Notes under the pieces: generated by a model
Database searches by the model: none
Seen by the model: the letters and a program-made list of their open reading frames with translations, nothing else
What the model was told of the DNA's origin: nothing
NCBI GenBank assembly: GCA_027604505.1
Contig: JADIIX010000074.1
Coordinates: forward strand, 1-64,000
DNA: 64,000 nt
Direction: 5' to 3'
DNA from: Gonapodya sp. JEL0774
Lineage: Eukaryota
Translations under genes and position numbers: made by a program
Shown: piece by piece, positions 13,546 through 26,300 of the stretch
Layout: each line of letters starts with the position of its first letter
How positions within the stretch are numbered: position 1 is the first letter of the stretch

Positions 13546-15391
13546 ATGACCACGCTCGACCGCTGGCTTGGTAAATCAAAGTAAGAACTCTTTCGTACAT
13601 GTTTGGATTGCTTTCGCTGCATTTGGCTATTTTGGTCACATCTCAAGGATCGCGAACTCTCCTGCGGAACCCGAACCAAAACGGCAAAAAGTGTCCATAT
13701 CAGGAGCATCACCTGTAAACACTCGTCGGGCAACTTTATCGTTCGGTCCCCTGGGCTTTGAGAATCAGATTCCACTATCCCTTGCGACTGTCGTCGCTTC
13801 AGAGTCAATACTTGGTTTCCTCTCGAAACATCCAGAAGAGAAGTTCGATCTTATATTTTTTCATGGTGACGCCGCGTTGGTGGATGAATTCAGTCAGGTA
13901 CGTTTGAAGTCAGTGACCGTCCTTGACCTATATTCATCAATCTCATCTTTGGAACACAGGCATGGTCAAAAGTGCGGAAGTCCCAGAACTCTGACGAGAG
14001 CCGAATGCGATTCATCACCACTGATATCCCTCCACTGGGATCTATTCCTGTTGCAGAGGTGACATGGTGGGCTGAACTGCATCATTCTTTGATCTTTGAT
14101 TGGAGAGTTGCGTCAAGAAAGATCACCTCGATCACGTACTTACTTTCTAGGAGATACAAGCCGAATACGGCTTTATCCCGCCAGATTTTCGCCACTCGCA
14201 GAGTTACTCACGATTTTTTTAATGGAAGAACAATCGCGACTGGGGTTGCAACATCTTTGCAGACTGAGCAACAACCTTCGGAAATGATTCTCGTGAAAGT
14301 TCCAAACATGAATCCAGAAAAGCCAGATGCTCTTGTAGATTTGCGTATGGTTGAAGAGCAGCTGATGAAATCCTGGGAAGCAGCGTTCCGAGAATTCTAC
14401 AGGCTGTTCAGGGGCGGTGTGCCATCTTTCGGATGCTTGGATCTTCTTGGTGGGTCAGGGTCAGAGGGTCATCGGCACCATTAGTATTCGTTTTGTCACA
14501 ATGCCCAGTGTTCTTCGACAAAGTTCAGCTTCTACCAAAATTTCAATGCCTGCTTCAGTGCACACAAGCGCGATGACGAGTTCAAGTGGGGGACGATCTT
14601 GGGCCAATGCCCTTCTCCCGTATGCGGACAACCCTGCATCAACGTCAGGAGTCCAATTTTACGACGATCAGCTGGTTGTTGTAGAAGACAAGTTTCCCAA
14701 AGCAAAAAAGCACTTGCTCGTTATACCTCGTAAGCACATAGAGGGAATCAACGATCTGACGCGGACTGACTTGCCATTGTTGCAGAAAATGGTGAGAAAA
14801 TATGTTAGCCACTGACCCCAAAAGGATCAGCTTACTTTGTTCTTATAATTTGCAGAAGATGCGCGCAGATCTTGTCGCGCGAGAGTGAGCTCGGTGGACG
14901 CAAGATCTGTAGTACGGCACCAACAATTCCACTTACTGCATTCCTCCAGCCTTTCATCAACAGATTCGACCTTGCATTTCCAAATTGGGTTCCACGCTCT
15001 TCCTTCGATGCTCCAACTGCACATGCACGTTATCTCCAAGGATTTTAACTCAAGTTGCCTGAAGAATAAAAAGCATTGGAACTCGGTACGTGGTCACTCT
15101 GACGTCGTGTTGTACACCGTTGCCCTAAATCTGTGAGTGCAGTTTAATACAGAATTTTTTAAAACATTCGAAGAAGTATATGAGGAGCTTGAGCGAATGG
15201 GTAAAGTTCAGGTAATGGTAATCGCAGAATCACGTCGTGAGAGTCTGCTCTCAGTATCATTGCGAATCCTTTTCTAGTACAATAAGCACGTCCATGAACT
15301 GATGCTTAAGAGAAATCTCCGATGTTGTGGAGAGGATTACAAAACGATTCCGCTGCTGAAGCAGCATCTCCAGCATAAACGGCATGCATGA
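13546..15391 (+). CDS. APTX: Aprataxin (HIT + zinc finger) with N-terminal macro-like domain
   Basis: [50 protein letters not shown]-terminal CC..HxxH finger; N-terminal part has AEVTWRYKP and PNMNPEKPD. Confidence 0.85.
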
Positions 15392-15426
15392 TTCCCATTC
15401 AACTTGTCTATTCTCTGCAACATCAA

Positions 15427-18400
15427 TTACTCGGGTTTCACTTTAGCGAATTCGTTCACGTGTAAATGTCTGTAGAATCGGTACGATATTGCCAGTACTA
15501 TAATCACCCCCGTCACGAGCCCCATGACTATCCCGATCTGAAGACTCGTGGCGAGGGGAGCCCCGTATACATGTACTACGAAAGTAGTGCTGAGCGAACA
15601 GTAACTGCAAATGGTACTATTGTGTGAGTGGAAACCTCTGGCTTCTCCTCGATGACGTTCCTACCTGAATGTAGGATCCAGAACTTTGGCCTGAAATATA
15701 AGATAGACTTCTGATCCACCACTCCAGTGCAGCGCATTGTAATTAGTGTTGTTGATTACTTGATACTCCATCGTAACGTCCAACAGGGCGCTGAGGAGCG
15801 AGAGGTTGCCGAATCCGGCATCCGCATAACACGGTTGGTAGTTCTGCAACTTTGCAACATGAAATAGTCCTACACGGCAAGCACATTACAAATATCTGCT
15901 CACTTTGGTTGTCCACGTTTCGAAAGGGTTCGCTGAAGGTTTCAAGGCAGCCATTGACACCCAGTTTTGCGGTTGCTTCACACATCCTGCCTGTATGGGC
16001 TGTCAGCAATATCGCATCAGAAAAGATTCTCTAGCTAGAACTTACCGCACCAACGGTCGTGTTGTAGGAATACGGTGTTCGACCATAGAGCTCGTGTAGT
16101 ACTACGTCAACGTCGACAGACTTGACGAAGGTTTCCCCGTCATACAAATCGAAGTCTGGGGCAAAAGAAGAGGGGTAGTATGCTGACACTGGAGTACCCC
16201 AGGATTTACAGTCGTACGGTACAACCTGGGTTGGCGTGGTTAAGACGAGAAGCTGCTGATCAACTCAAACACGGATGAGCGAAAGCGCACCAGTTCGCTA
16301 TTTCCCTTGGTACCCGTAGCCCACTCAGCAATGTACGATCCTTGAGGATAGGTTATCAAGCTTGGTGCAGTTGAACAATCAAACGAGTGAGTGGAAGCAT
16401 ATCGGTACCGCAAGTGTCGACTTGGTGGACAATCTACCACCACAGTGGATACCTGTTAGGGTAGTAGGACAGTTAGGTAGCAGAATATGAGAAGAGAGTC
16501 AAACTCGTCACCTGCTGGCCGTCTGTGCACGCCAAGTTGGAAGCATGTGGTATAACTCGTAGGTCAGACCTCCCAGTCCGGTTGTACGCCTTAGACATCA
16601 CCGCAACGTTTTTCGTGCGAGTAACAATTGCTGCATCGGAAGCGGCAGAAGAGACGGAAGTACTTTCGTTGTATTGCATATCGATGAGGGATATGTTGGA
16701 GAAAGTGACCTGAAGAGCACTTGTGATAGGTCAATCATGGCAATGACCTGCAGCGTTGTCATCGTACCGATATCCCATTTGAGAATCCTGCTCGAGGAGT
16801 CACATGTACTGTGAGATTGAACCCCTCGCCTGAACAGGACGCACTTAGAAGATCTGAAGTTCTCAAAATCACAAGATGTGCCTCTCACCGATGTCAATAT
16901 TGTATAGGTTAGTCAGATCAGTCGTGAAGTCTGCGTACTGGCATGCTTCTGGAGGATTGAGCGCAAGTGGTGGTCTGTTTGTTAATGAGGCATATCATTG
17001 GTAAACTTTGTTGTGGAAAGGTCATCCATCCTCTGGTTGCACACAAAGGATCCCGCGTTGACCTAGTTACCTGGGACTTTTCACTTGATTATCAAGTGGC
17101 AAGTACCTTGAAGTGACATAGGGTGGGGCTGTTCCCGCGAGTGGTGTTACAATACGGGCGCGATCAAAGTAGTCAAATTGGACAGATACAACTGGCATAG
17201 GCACGAAAACATAAAGCAAAAAAGCATGTCAATGGATGACAGATAAAGAAGACGAATTGAACATCTCTTTCACCGTCTGTAGGAAGCAGTCCAGCCGCGA
17301 TTTCTACAACATCGGATAGTCCAGCCTTGCCATAGAAGACTCTTTCGACCACGCAGTACGCAGTGAAGTCTTTCTTATCAGTTCTGTATTCTCACTTGCA
17401 GAGAAACACGACACCTACCTGTTAGTGGACGTAACAGCAATCCATGCTCCCCCTTCGGAGGTGTCAAGGTAACTGATATACTCGGCAGCGTCAAGGCCCA
17501 CAGCAGGCCGCAGGGGATCTCGGCTGACGAGAGGAATACGGAAAAAGGAAGTGCCTCCGTTGGGACTGAAAGGAGCAAAGGTCGATCGCGTGACGGTTGA
17601 GTGTTGCTTCCATGATATGTAATTGCAAACAATTATCTGACCCACCTATAGTACAATCCTGCACCCCACACCATCACTTCAACAGAGCCGCTAGACAAGG
17701 TTGCCATCTTTGCAACTGCACCAGGTTTTCCCGCTCCAGTTAAATCCCCCACCGAGAATGCGTAACCTGCCGTCCAAAAGTTCGTCACTGGATCCAATAT
17801 AGAAATCGCGTGATTTCCCGCCACTGTTACTACAAGCGTCACAATTCTTCCGAGAACATTAAGAGACTTTGCATCCGTGATCGAACTAGCGGGTGAGGTG
17901 GAGTCCGGAATGGTCACAGTGGCGTTCGAGAACACTCGGCCACCTGTAAAGGAGTAGAAGAGGACCGTGGACGAAGCAGACCAGGCCAATACTGCACTAT
18001 TATAGTTGCTCCTTTGTGGGTTGGAAACATCGTCGCAAGACGCCGGCCCACTAATGTGCGCGATGGTGACCGAACTTGGGATCCCCTCTGCCCTTGAGAA
18101 CGTCATCGTGTCCTCCGTAAAGTACACAGTGCCGTCTACCAAAAACGCGATTCCCGTCGGCGTTAGAACCACAGCGGAAATTGAAGCGGCTGGTGGGGAT
18201 GGAGCCGTGACATAGGCGGGCAAAGAGTACAAAGGTTCAGTTGATGACGTGAGGCCCCGGTGAGTGAAGAGGAACCGTGCGCCACCCATGAGAGCCACCT
18301 GAAATGTATGTGCGCACGAACTCGTAAAGATCGAGAACGTCGGTAGTGGCAACAATACCGTCTGCGATGTTGCTTGCAGGAGGCCAATCGTCTGGGTTCC

Positions 18401-19741
18401 GTACGCCGCCACGTTCACATCGACTGTCGTATCCGCCACACGACACCCCAGGATCGTTGTACCTCTGGACGACAAGTGTAATTCAACAAGTCCCCCCTCT
18501 GGGGGAGTGGCGAACAAGAGTTGCCAGGCGAAGATGGTGGTATCAAAGGAGATGGAAAGGTCGGAAAGGGAGTGGGAAGCGGGGGAAGTTATGATGGGCA
18601 TGTCGCCAAGAGTTTCGAGGCTGTAAGTGATTTGTTTAGAGGCCTACAAGTGCAAGGATAAATGTCGATATGAGGGAGACAACGTGAAGCAAGAAAAGAA
18701 ATTGGAGTATCAACGAAAGGTCCTGGCCTTGCTGAAACCACGGACCACTCAAATCGTTTAGCTGGACAGATCACGAGCTTCCTACTCGACACAATCTCAT
18801 ACATCCCCCATAAGCCAACCCACCGCACTGGGCAGTTTAGCCGTTCCCGCCAGTTCCCCAGCTGATGCTTGGGCGGGGTCCACAATCCACATCCGAGCCA
18901 TCGCATTGCTTGCAGATTCCAACACTCCAATCCTCGCATCAGTCAGCGCATCAAACTCGGTCGATGTATTTGCGGGGCCGGACACGAAATACCACTGGTA
19001 ACACCCAGGAGCGGGATCAACGGTTACGTAGAACGCGTCCGCGTTTGACGCGACTCCGTTTGCAAACACCGTGAAGAAGTGAGTGCCACGGGTGCTGCAT
19101 GTAAAGAAGACGGTGTCGTTGGCGACGGAGGTGGGAGGTTGTGGTGACATACTGCAGGACGCAGTGGGGTACGTCCATGTGACGGATGTGGCAGGACTCC
19201 GGTAGACGGCTCGAAACTAAAGTGGTGAGGGTGAAACCATGCGGAGATAGCCGGTAAGGAGACGTTCAATCACAAATATTGGACGAAATCTTCGAAGAAG
19301 GCATGTCAGCCATGGGAGTGTTCGTTCCCAAACCGTGTCTCAATTCGGTCCGCAAATGCTTCCATCTATTGAGCCCCACAACACAATCCACCCACAAAAA
19401 GCTATGTAGAAGGGATACTGAATGTGACAGAGGGTACTGACAGGTTTACTGACGAAGAATCCCGTTTTGTCCGGCTCCAAGCTCTCATAGTACCATCTTG
19501 CATATCCAAATGATCCATCCTGGAGCGATTGTGCACGAACCAGCGAGGGAAGAAGGGTGTAGATCAAGAACAAAGTGAAAAATTTGAGAGGATGAGAGCG
19601 CGGCGGTGGTTCAAGCGCATCGATTGCGGGCGTTCTCGTTTGATCGCTGGGAGTATCTGCAGCGTTCCAGCCTCCGACTGCAGGTGGATGGGGTTCATTC
19701 GACAGGTCATGTTCAATAGATAAAATTTTCAGTTTCGTCAT
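15427..19741 (-). CDS. CATSPERE: CatSper channel auxiliary subunit epsilon(/delta)-like single-pass membrane protein
   Basis: CYQWY, RMWIVDP, GCVKQPQNW, NYQPC, IFQAKVLDPTFSYCSLSTTFVVHVYGAP followed by a C-terminal TM helix and short tail; hydrophobic signal-like segment near the N-terminus. Confidence 0.8.
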
Positions 19742-19848
19742 GTGCGATGACTTTGTAGATAGCCGAGAAATTGATGAGTTGGAGAGTGTGGTTGTTCAGC
19801 TGCGGACACGGGATTCCGGGTGAAACCACCATTTGCAGATAACGTACG

Positions 19849-22800
19849 ATGGACGCAATCCAGCTCAGAACCCGGCAAGAACAAGCCATTCTGGACGTTT
19901 TCGACCGCACATTGAGCCATGTCTTTTCCCTTAAGACGAAACAGGGTTTGGAAGTCGCGGATTCGTTTCGAATGCTGCCATCACAAGAACTCTTCCCGGA
20001 CTACTACCAGGTCATTCCAAACCCCGTGGCACTCGATACAATAGCGGTACGGTTTGTCTCTTCAGGTGCCTGAATCGATCCTCCTTCTAATTTCGATTGA
20101 CTTTGTCAAATCATTTCATGTTGTAACTTGCGGATTCCCTCCCATCTTTGGCACTTCGGCACTCCAGGATCGAATTCGAAACCGTTACTACAAGTCTCCT
20201 CGCGCCTTTCTCACTGATTTCCAGCTCTTGGCAGATAACTCCAAAATTTACAACAAAAAGGGGTCACAGATTGTCAAGGACGGTAATATGATTTTGGTGA
20301 GATTTCAGAGCTGGTCAGCGACGCTAGAACGGAAAAGAGGATGCCAGCTGAGATTGTGATCGAGTAAGGCACAAAGCATGGTTCGGGCCACGAGTGTCTG
20401 CCCAAATCGACCAAATTTGGTATAGAGAGAGCTCACACCCTAGCGTATCTTAATTGACGACACACTCACACTCACCGCTTTTCACAATTACTTCTACAAG
20501 GCCGCTGCGGAAGACGCTATCACTCGTGAAATGAAATCCCTGGGCTTGAACTGGGACTCATCGTTTAGAACTGGTCTGCCGTCCAAGCATGATGTGGGAA
20601 GAATGAGGGAGTTGATGAAGAGAGTCAGGCAGCATTGTGGGGCCGAGTGAGTTCCAACGTATTGTGATGGTGGCCTGATGGTCGTTGAGAAATGAGGGCA
20701 GAGGAGGTAAAGCGGTTTGGAATCGTTTTGTTGGGGCTCATTTCCGGATGAGTTCTTCGGGATGAGCTCAGTTATTTGAAAGAGAATATTATGATGAAGG
20801 CATATGTTACTTGATGAGCGGTGTACCGATACCGCTTCTTGTTACCTATGCATTCCAACACTATTTTGCACTGCTTCAGGGGCCGCCCCCTCGCCCCTAC
20901 CTTCGAACACCTCCCCACTCGAACCGACCTCCCAGACTATTACACCTCCATCGCCCATCCGCTATCCCTCTCACAAATCTCAACCCGACTGTCCCGCCTA
21001 CTCTATGTCGACGTGGCAGATCTCGCCGCGGACCTCGACTTATGCTTTGAGAACGCGGAAATGTATGGCGGGGAGGGCAGCGAACACGCAGTGGAGATGA
21101 GACGAGTAGCAGCGGATGAGGCCGCGAGAGTTAAGGAGGGTGTTTTTGGCGGAGGAAAGAGTGGGGGGAGCGCTCAAGTTGGAGCAAGCATTCCCGAGGG
21201 GGCTGAGGAGGTGGACGTGGTGGTGCAGGGTGGGGAGGAGTTTAGGGAAGGTGGGTACGAAAAAGAGAGGGCCGATTAGGCGAACAACTAACAGGCAAGG
21301 GGTTCGAAGATGCGTCTGCGAGAAACGTGGGGACAAGTGATTATTTTTCATTAACTGAAGGCTGTGGGAACTGCTTCGAGTCGATACTTGAGCATGACAG
21401 GGCTTTGTTGCGCTTCGATTTGATCCACCATTTGGCTTCGCAATCTTCCCAGGTGATTCCGTGTACATTGACGTCAGTGGAGATAGACCCCTGATTGCGC
21501 AAATATACAAAACGTATAGGAAACAGGATGGGTGCGTATAGTGTGAGAATTCACTGTTGAACGGTTAAGGTCGAAGGTTCCCGGCAAACCGACGCTGTTC
21601 GTGATCGCATTGACCCCTAATGTTATGTTGTCATTTCTCGTCAGCTCCAATCACGTACAGGTCGCTTGGTTCCTTCGCCCTGACCAGACCACGCACCACG
21701 CTGGAACCAAGTTCTACCCCCGCGAACTCCTTCGCACAAACCATTTCGAAGAGTACCCCGCCACCTCGCTGCGTGGGAGGTGTGCAGTTCTCTGGCATCG
21801 TGATTACGCTCGGGGAAAACCTGTCGGACTGCGCGAGGAAGACACGTATCTGTATACTTCAAAGTACGACGAAAAGGGCAAGAATATCTACGCCATCAAG
21901 GACTGGGCGAGAGGCTTACCAGCACGGGCTCGAGAGGTCACACTTGAGCCGAGAGCTGAGCCAGTAAAAATGGAGAAGACGTTGGTGGTTCACGCCGTGG
22001 AGAGGAAGGTAACAATTTCAACGGCGAGGCAGCGAGAGGATACAGAGAGTCCAGCACCGGAGGCATTTGAACCTGAGGTGAGTCGATGTGGTACGATGAA
22101 GTCAACAATCAGAAATATGGAAGATTAAATCGATTGCGGTGTCCCCTGTTTCTGCATTCCCAACCGGGCATCCTCTGGCCCTCCGCTTCCAGACGTCCCC
22201 CGCACCGAGTGCGAATCCTCTCGCGGGGGCCAGTGATGGTACAACCCCCGCTACGCCCGCGGGCACCGCTGTCAAGCGTGGCCCTGGCCGTCCGCGGAAG
22301 GACCTCACCGCCGTCCGCCCTGCCACACCTGCCAACCATACTCGCCGCGAGCTCCGGTCCTACGTACCCCCTCCCACCCCGCTGGTTCCCGCCGCCCCAC
22401 GTCCGTTTGTGCATCTTCAAGCCTATGCATACCCTCCGGTCCGCCCACCTAACATATCACAAAACCCTTCATCCATGATGTGGCCCATGCGTCCTCCCGC
22501 CCCAGGAATGATGCCCAGCGGCGCCGCCGCAGCTGCCCAAATGTGGGCTGGTGGTGCTCCCGCATCCCAAATTGCGTACCGTCCCAAAGGTGCTGCTGGT
22601 GCCGCACCCCCACGACCGGGATTCCCTACCGCCCCACCAGCGGCGTCCATGATTGCAGCAATGGGTCCCCAACCACTGTCCATGGCGAGACCACAGAAAC
22701 CTCCTGTTTTAAATAAGGGCGTTGTGGTGGGATCTTACGGTGTGCCGCAGGGGACTCGTAAGTTTCGTCGTTTACACTTGATCCTCTGGTCTTCCCCGTC

Positions 22801-23148
22801 AACTTGAGTATGCTCTTTTTGTCGCTTCCGCGCGAATTCACTTCAGTTGAGAATTTCCAAACAACTTCTTCGGGTGAACTTCTCTGGTTCTCCACGCCTC
22901 CATTGGATCTCGTTCGTCCCGCTTCTCCTTCTCACTCTCTCGACTACCTCCACTGGAAGCTCAAAAAGGAAGAAGAGCGACAACAACGTGGGAAGGATCG
23001 AGCAGAAGAGGACATGGAAGTGAACGAGCAAAGGAGTTGGGAGGGACAGAACGGCGAGGAAGGGAGGCCTGCTAAACGGGCGAAGCACGAAACGACAGAC
23101 GGCAATGAGGCGTTTCAATCGTCAATAATCATGGAAACGTTTGCCTAA
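19849..23148 (+). CDS. RSC1/RSC2-like chromatin remodelling subunit (2 bromodomains, BAH, AT-hook)
   Basis: LFPDYYQVIPNPVALDTI, DLPDYYTSIAHPLSL..CFENAEMY, BAH (GDSVYI..., WFLRPDQT.H...FYPREL), AT-hook KRGPGRPRK, C-terminal LLWFSTPPLD..HSLDYL. Confidence 0.85.
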
Positions 23149-23323
23149 CAGCTTGCTAGCGTGTGCTGTTTTCTAAGTGTGATATATTTGTGACCGTTCG
23201 ACAATCTTCACAAAATCAGAATCCCGGCCGGTGCTCAGGCCACATTGTGGACGTATAATTACTTGGAAACTAACGGTTCTGTCCCGCAGTCGATTGGCGG
23301 AAATTTAGAGATTTCGATCCGAG

Positions 23324-26300
23324 ATGGACGATTCCTCGGAAAGTTCTTTCGAGTCATTCCGTGAAGACAGCATTAGTGGGGACAGCTCACATGCGGATTT
23401 GCTCCAGCAACTCTGGCCCGATTCTTCAGAGAACTTACCGATTCCTTCCCATCAACGCTCTCCAATTGTTTCCCAGCATCGACTTGCTGACGTGAGCGCC
23501 GAACCTGCCAACCTTGAAGACGAAGAGCACAATAAGGCTCTCGCGAGCCTCATGTTTGGTTCTCCCGATGAATCATTCGAGTCGCCACAAAAAGAGAACG
23601 CAAACTCTCGCGCCGCGGTGGAGAACATCGACCCGCGATCGAGTGTTGAATATCTTCTTCACGCTAAGGTTAACGTCCCCAAGTCCGCCGAAACTCACGG
23701 CGTGGCATCACCAGGGACTCACATAGAGTTCTCAAACGTTCCATCATCGTCGTCGAAGTTGGAATCCACGGGAGTTCCTGGAATGTATGCTGTCGTTGCG
23801 CCTTCGTCGAAAGTGGAAATTACCAAAAATGTGTCCTCCCAACAACCTGGACGCTCGAATATTTTGACAACTTCTACGAGCTCGGGAACAGAGCTCGAGT
23901 CTGTACTGCAGACTACCAGCGCTTTGCTCAAACGTCTCAACCTCGGTCCTCCACAAGAACCAACATCTGTGTCAACTCCAATCTCACATCAGCACACACT
24001 CGCAAGACCCATGTCATCCCAGGACTACCTTGCCAGCAAGAATCTTGACGCACGACTATTTGCCCCTCGAGAAGCCCCAAAATCCTCGAAAACCATTCGG
24101 GCGCGAAGGGAACTCCCAGCACCACCGGCTACTCGATTTTCTCCGACGTACCGACAACCAACAACCTCCCAACCACTTAGCGGGGCTGTCGCAGTTCCTG
24201 ATCTTCTCACGACTGCACCCCAACCAAGAAGTCCGTCCAAACCTTCTCGGCAGGATCCAGCTTTGTTTGGCGACAGAGGGCGGCAACAGACAGTGGAGCC
24301 TTCGAATACGGTAGTCGAACCAACCACATTCGCTACACCACCTGCTGTTATTGGGCAATCTCTCACCACCCAAATTGTCGACCCCACTGCTTCCAAGCTA
24401 CACCGGAAACACACATCGGAGTTTGCTCGAACCTTTGGGAACAGCCATCCTCCCTCCACAATCGCCAGAATGCCAGGCGCATATCCCAGCTCTGATTCTT
24501 CAACATCGTTTGCACTGCCCTCTCACAATAACGACCGTCCACAAACAAAATTTCTCCATTTGAGCTTTTCCGTCTCGGGAGTTGCTGGTGGTTCAAGTTC
24601 GAGATACCCTAGTGCGAATGCCTCAACAGAATTTGAGGATATCGAAGGTGACTTGGGCGGAGTAGTCCTACCCTATGGCGTAAGCGACCACATGACCAAG
24701 GAAGACGCATCAAAAACTATCAAGAGCCTGTTCGCCGCTGTCCTTCAATCAGATCAAGCGGCAGCCAAATCAGAAGATTATATGAAACCGGAAGATTTGA
24801 CAGTTGACTTGCTGCCACATCAAATTACAGGGGTGCAATGGATGGCTGGTGCGTGGAACATTGTGAACAAGGTCCAAATCTTCCTCTCAGTCGTTGGGTT
24901 CTCCATTAGCACTGGAGAAAGCTAAACACAGAGGTGGAATACTTGCTGGTAAGTTTTGCGTCAATTGGCCATTCGGTGTTCAGTTACTGTGAACCCCCTC
25001 CCTCAGACGTGAGCATCTTCAACTTTATTTTGCATCAAACTGCTGTCTCAATCGTGCTGGCTCTCTGTCACAATTGATAAACGATACATCAACCTTAGGA
25101 TATGGGCTTAGGTGAGCGTCCGGTAGTGCATTGGCGTGTTTTTGCTCCGCTGCTTGCTTTTTGACATTTCGTAATTACCGAAAACTCAGGGAAAACTGTT
25201 CAATCCATCGCCCTTATTCTCACCAACCGACCTCCACTATCGGGTCCTCGAGCAACACTAGTCGTGGGTAAGGTCACAACTAAGTGTCGATGAGTATCCC
25301 GTCTGTCTCACTTAAGGCTTGAAAACAGCACCGGTCAGTCTTATATCTCAGTGGAAGGATGAGATCAAATCCAAGACGTTGTTGGGTGCGCTTAGAGTGA
25401 TGATTCACCACGGACCCGGGAGGACAAAAGATGTTCGGAAGTTTTCGGGCATGGATGTCATCCTGACAGTGAGCATATTCATTTCTCGCTGATTTGCATC
25501 TCGACGATTTCACTCACCTTTTTGCATAGTCATACTCAACGTTACAGCAAGAGTGCCCTTCAGCAAGGAAGAGTAAAAAGAGTGCGGATGTTAAGAAGCC
25601 AGAAAAGCCCCCCGGACCGTTACTGCTGATGAGATACTACAGAGTTATTCTAGGTGAGATGGCTGCTTTTGCGAACATTCGATGACCTTGCGGGAGCTCA
25701 TGTAAGTGGCGTCACAGACGAAGCACATAACATCAAGAACAAAGATACGGCGACTGCGAAGGCATGTTTTGAGCTCGAGGCGGAACATAGGTGGTGCCTG
25801 ACAGGGTAAGCTGCTAAAACCCCGTGCGCGTATGAACACAATATGCTCACAGTTCTATCTAGGACACCAATCCAGAACTCAGTGGACGACTTTTACAGCC
25901 TGTTAAAGTTTCTGCAGTTTAAACCATACGACGAGCACGCTTATTTCAAGCACTATATCACCTACTGGCTTACGAAAGGAAAAGGAGTTACAGCTATCAA
26001 GAGGCTCCAAGTGATAAGTATGTCTTTGAACAACCATTTCATCCTATGAACTTCAGACCTTGATCATACCCTATCCCTCCATTTCAGTAAAAGCCATTGT
26101 TATGCGTCGCACGAAGGCAGTCATCGACTTAAAACTGCCAAAAAAGACGATCCATCACGTTTTGTGTGACTTCACTCCTGTGGAAAGGTGAGGGAACATG
26201 TAAGATTCAAAGTGTTGGCGGTTGCTTCACCCTCCTCATGGCAGAGCGCTCTACAATGAGCACGAAGCGACAGCCAAAGCCAAAGTGACCGAAATGGTGG

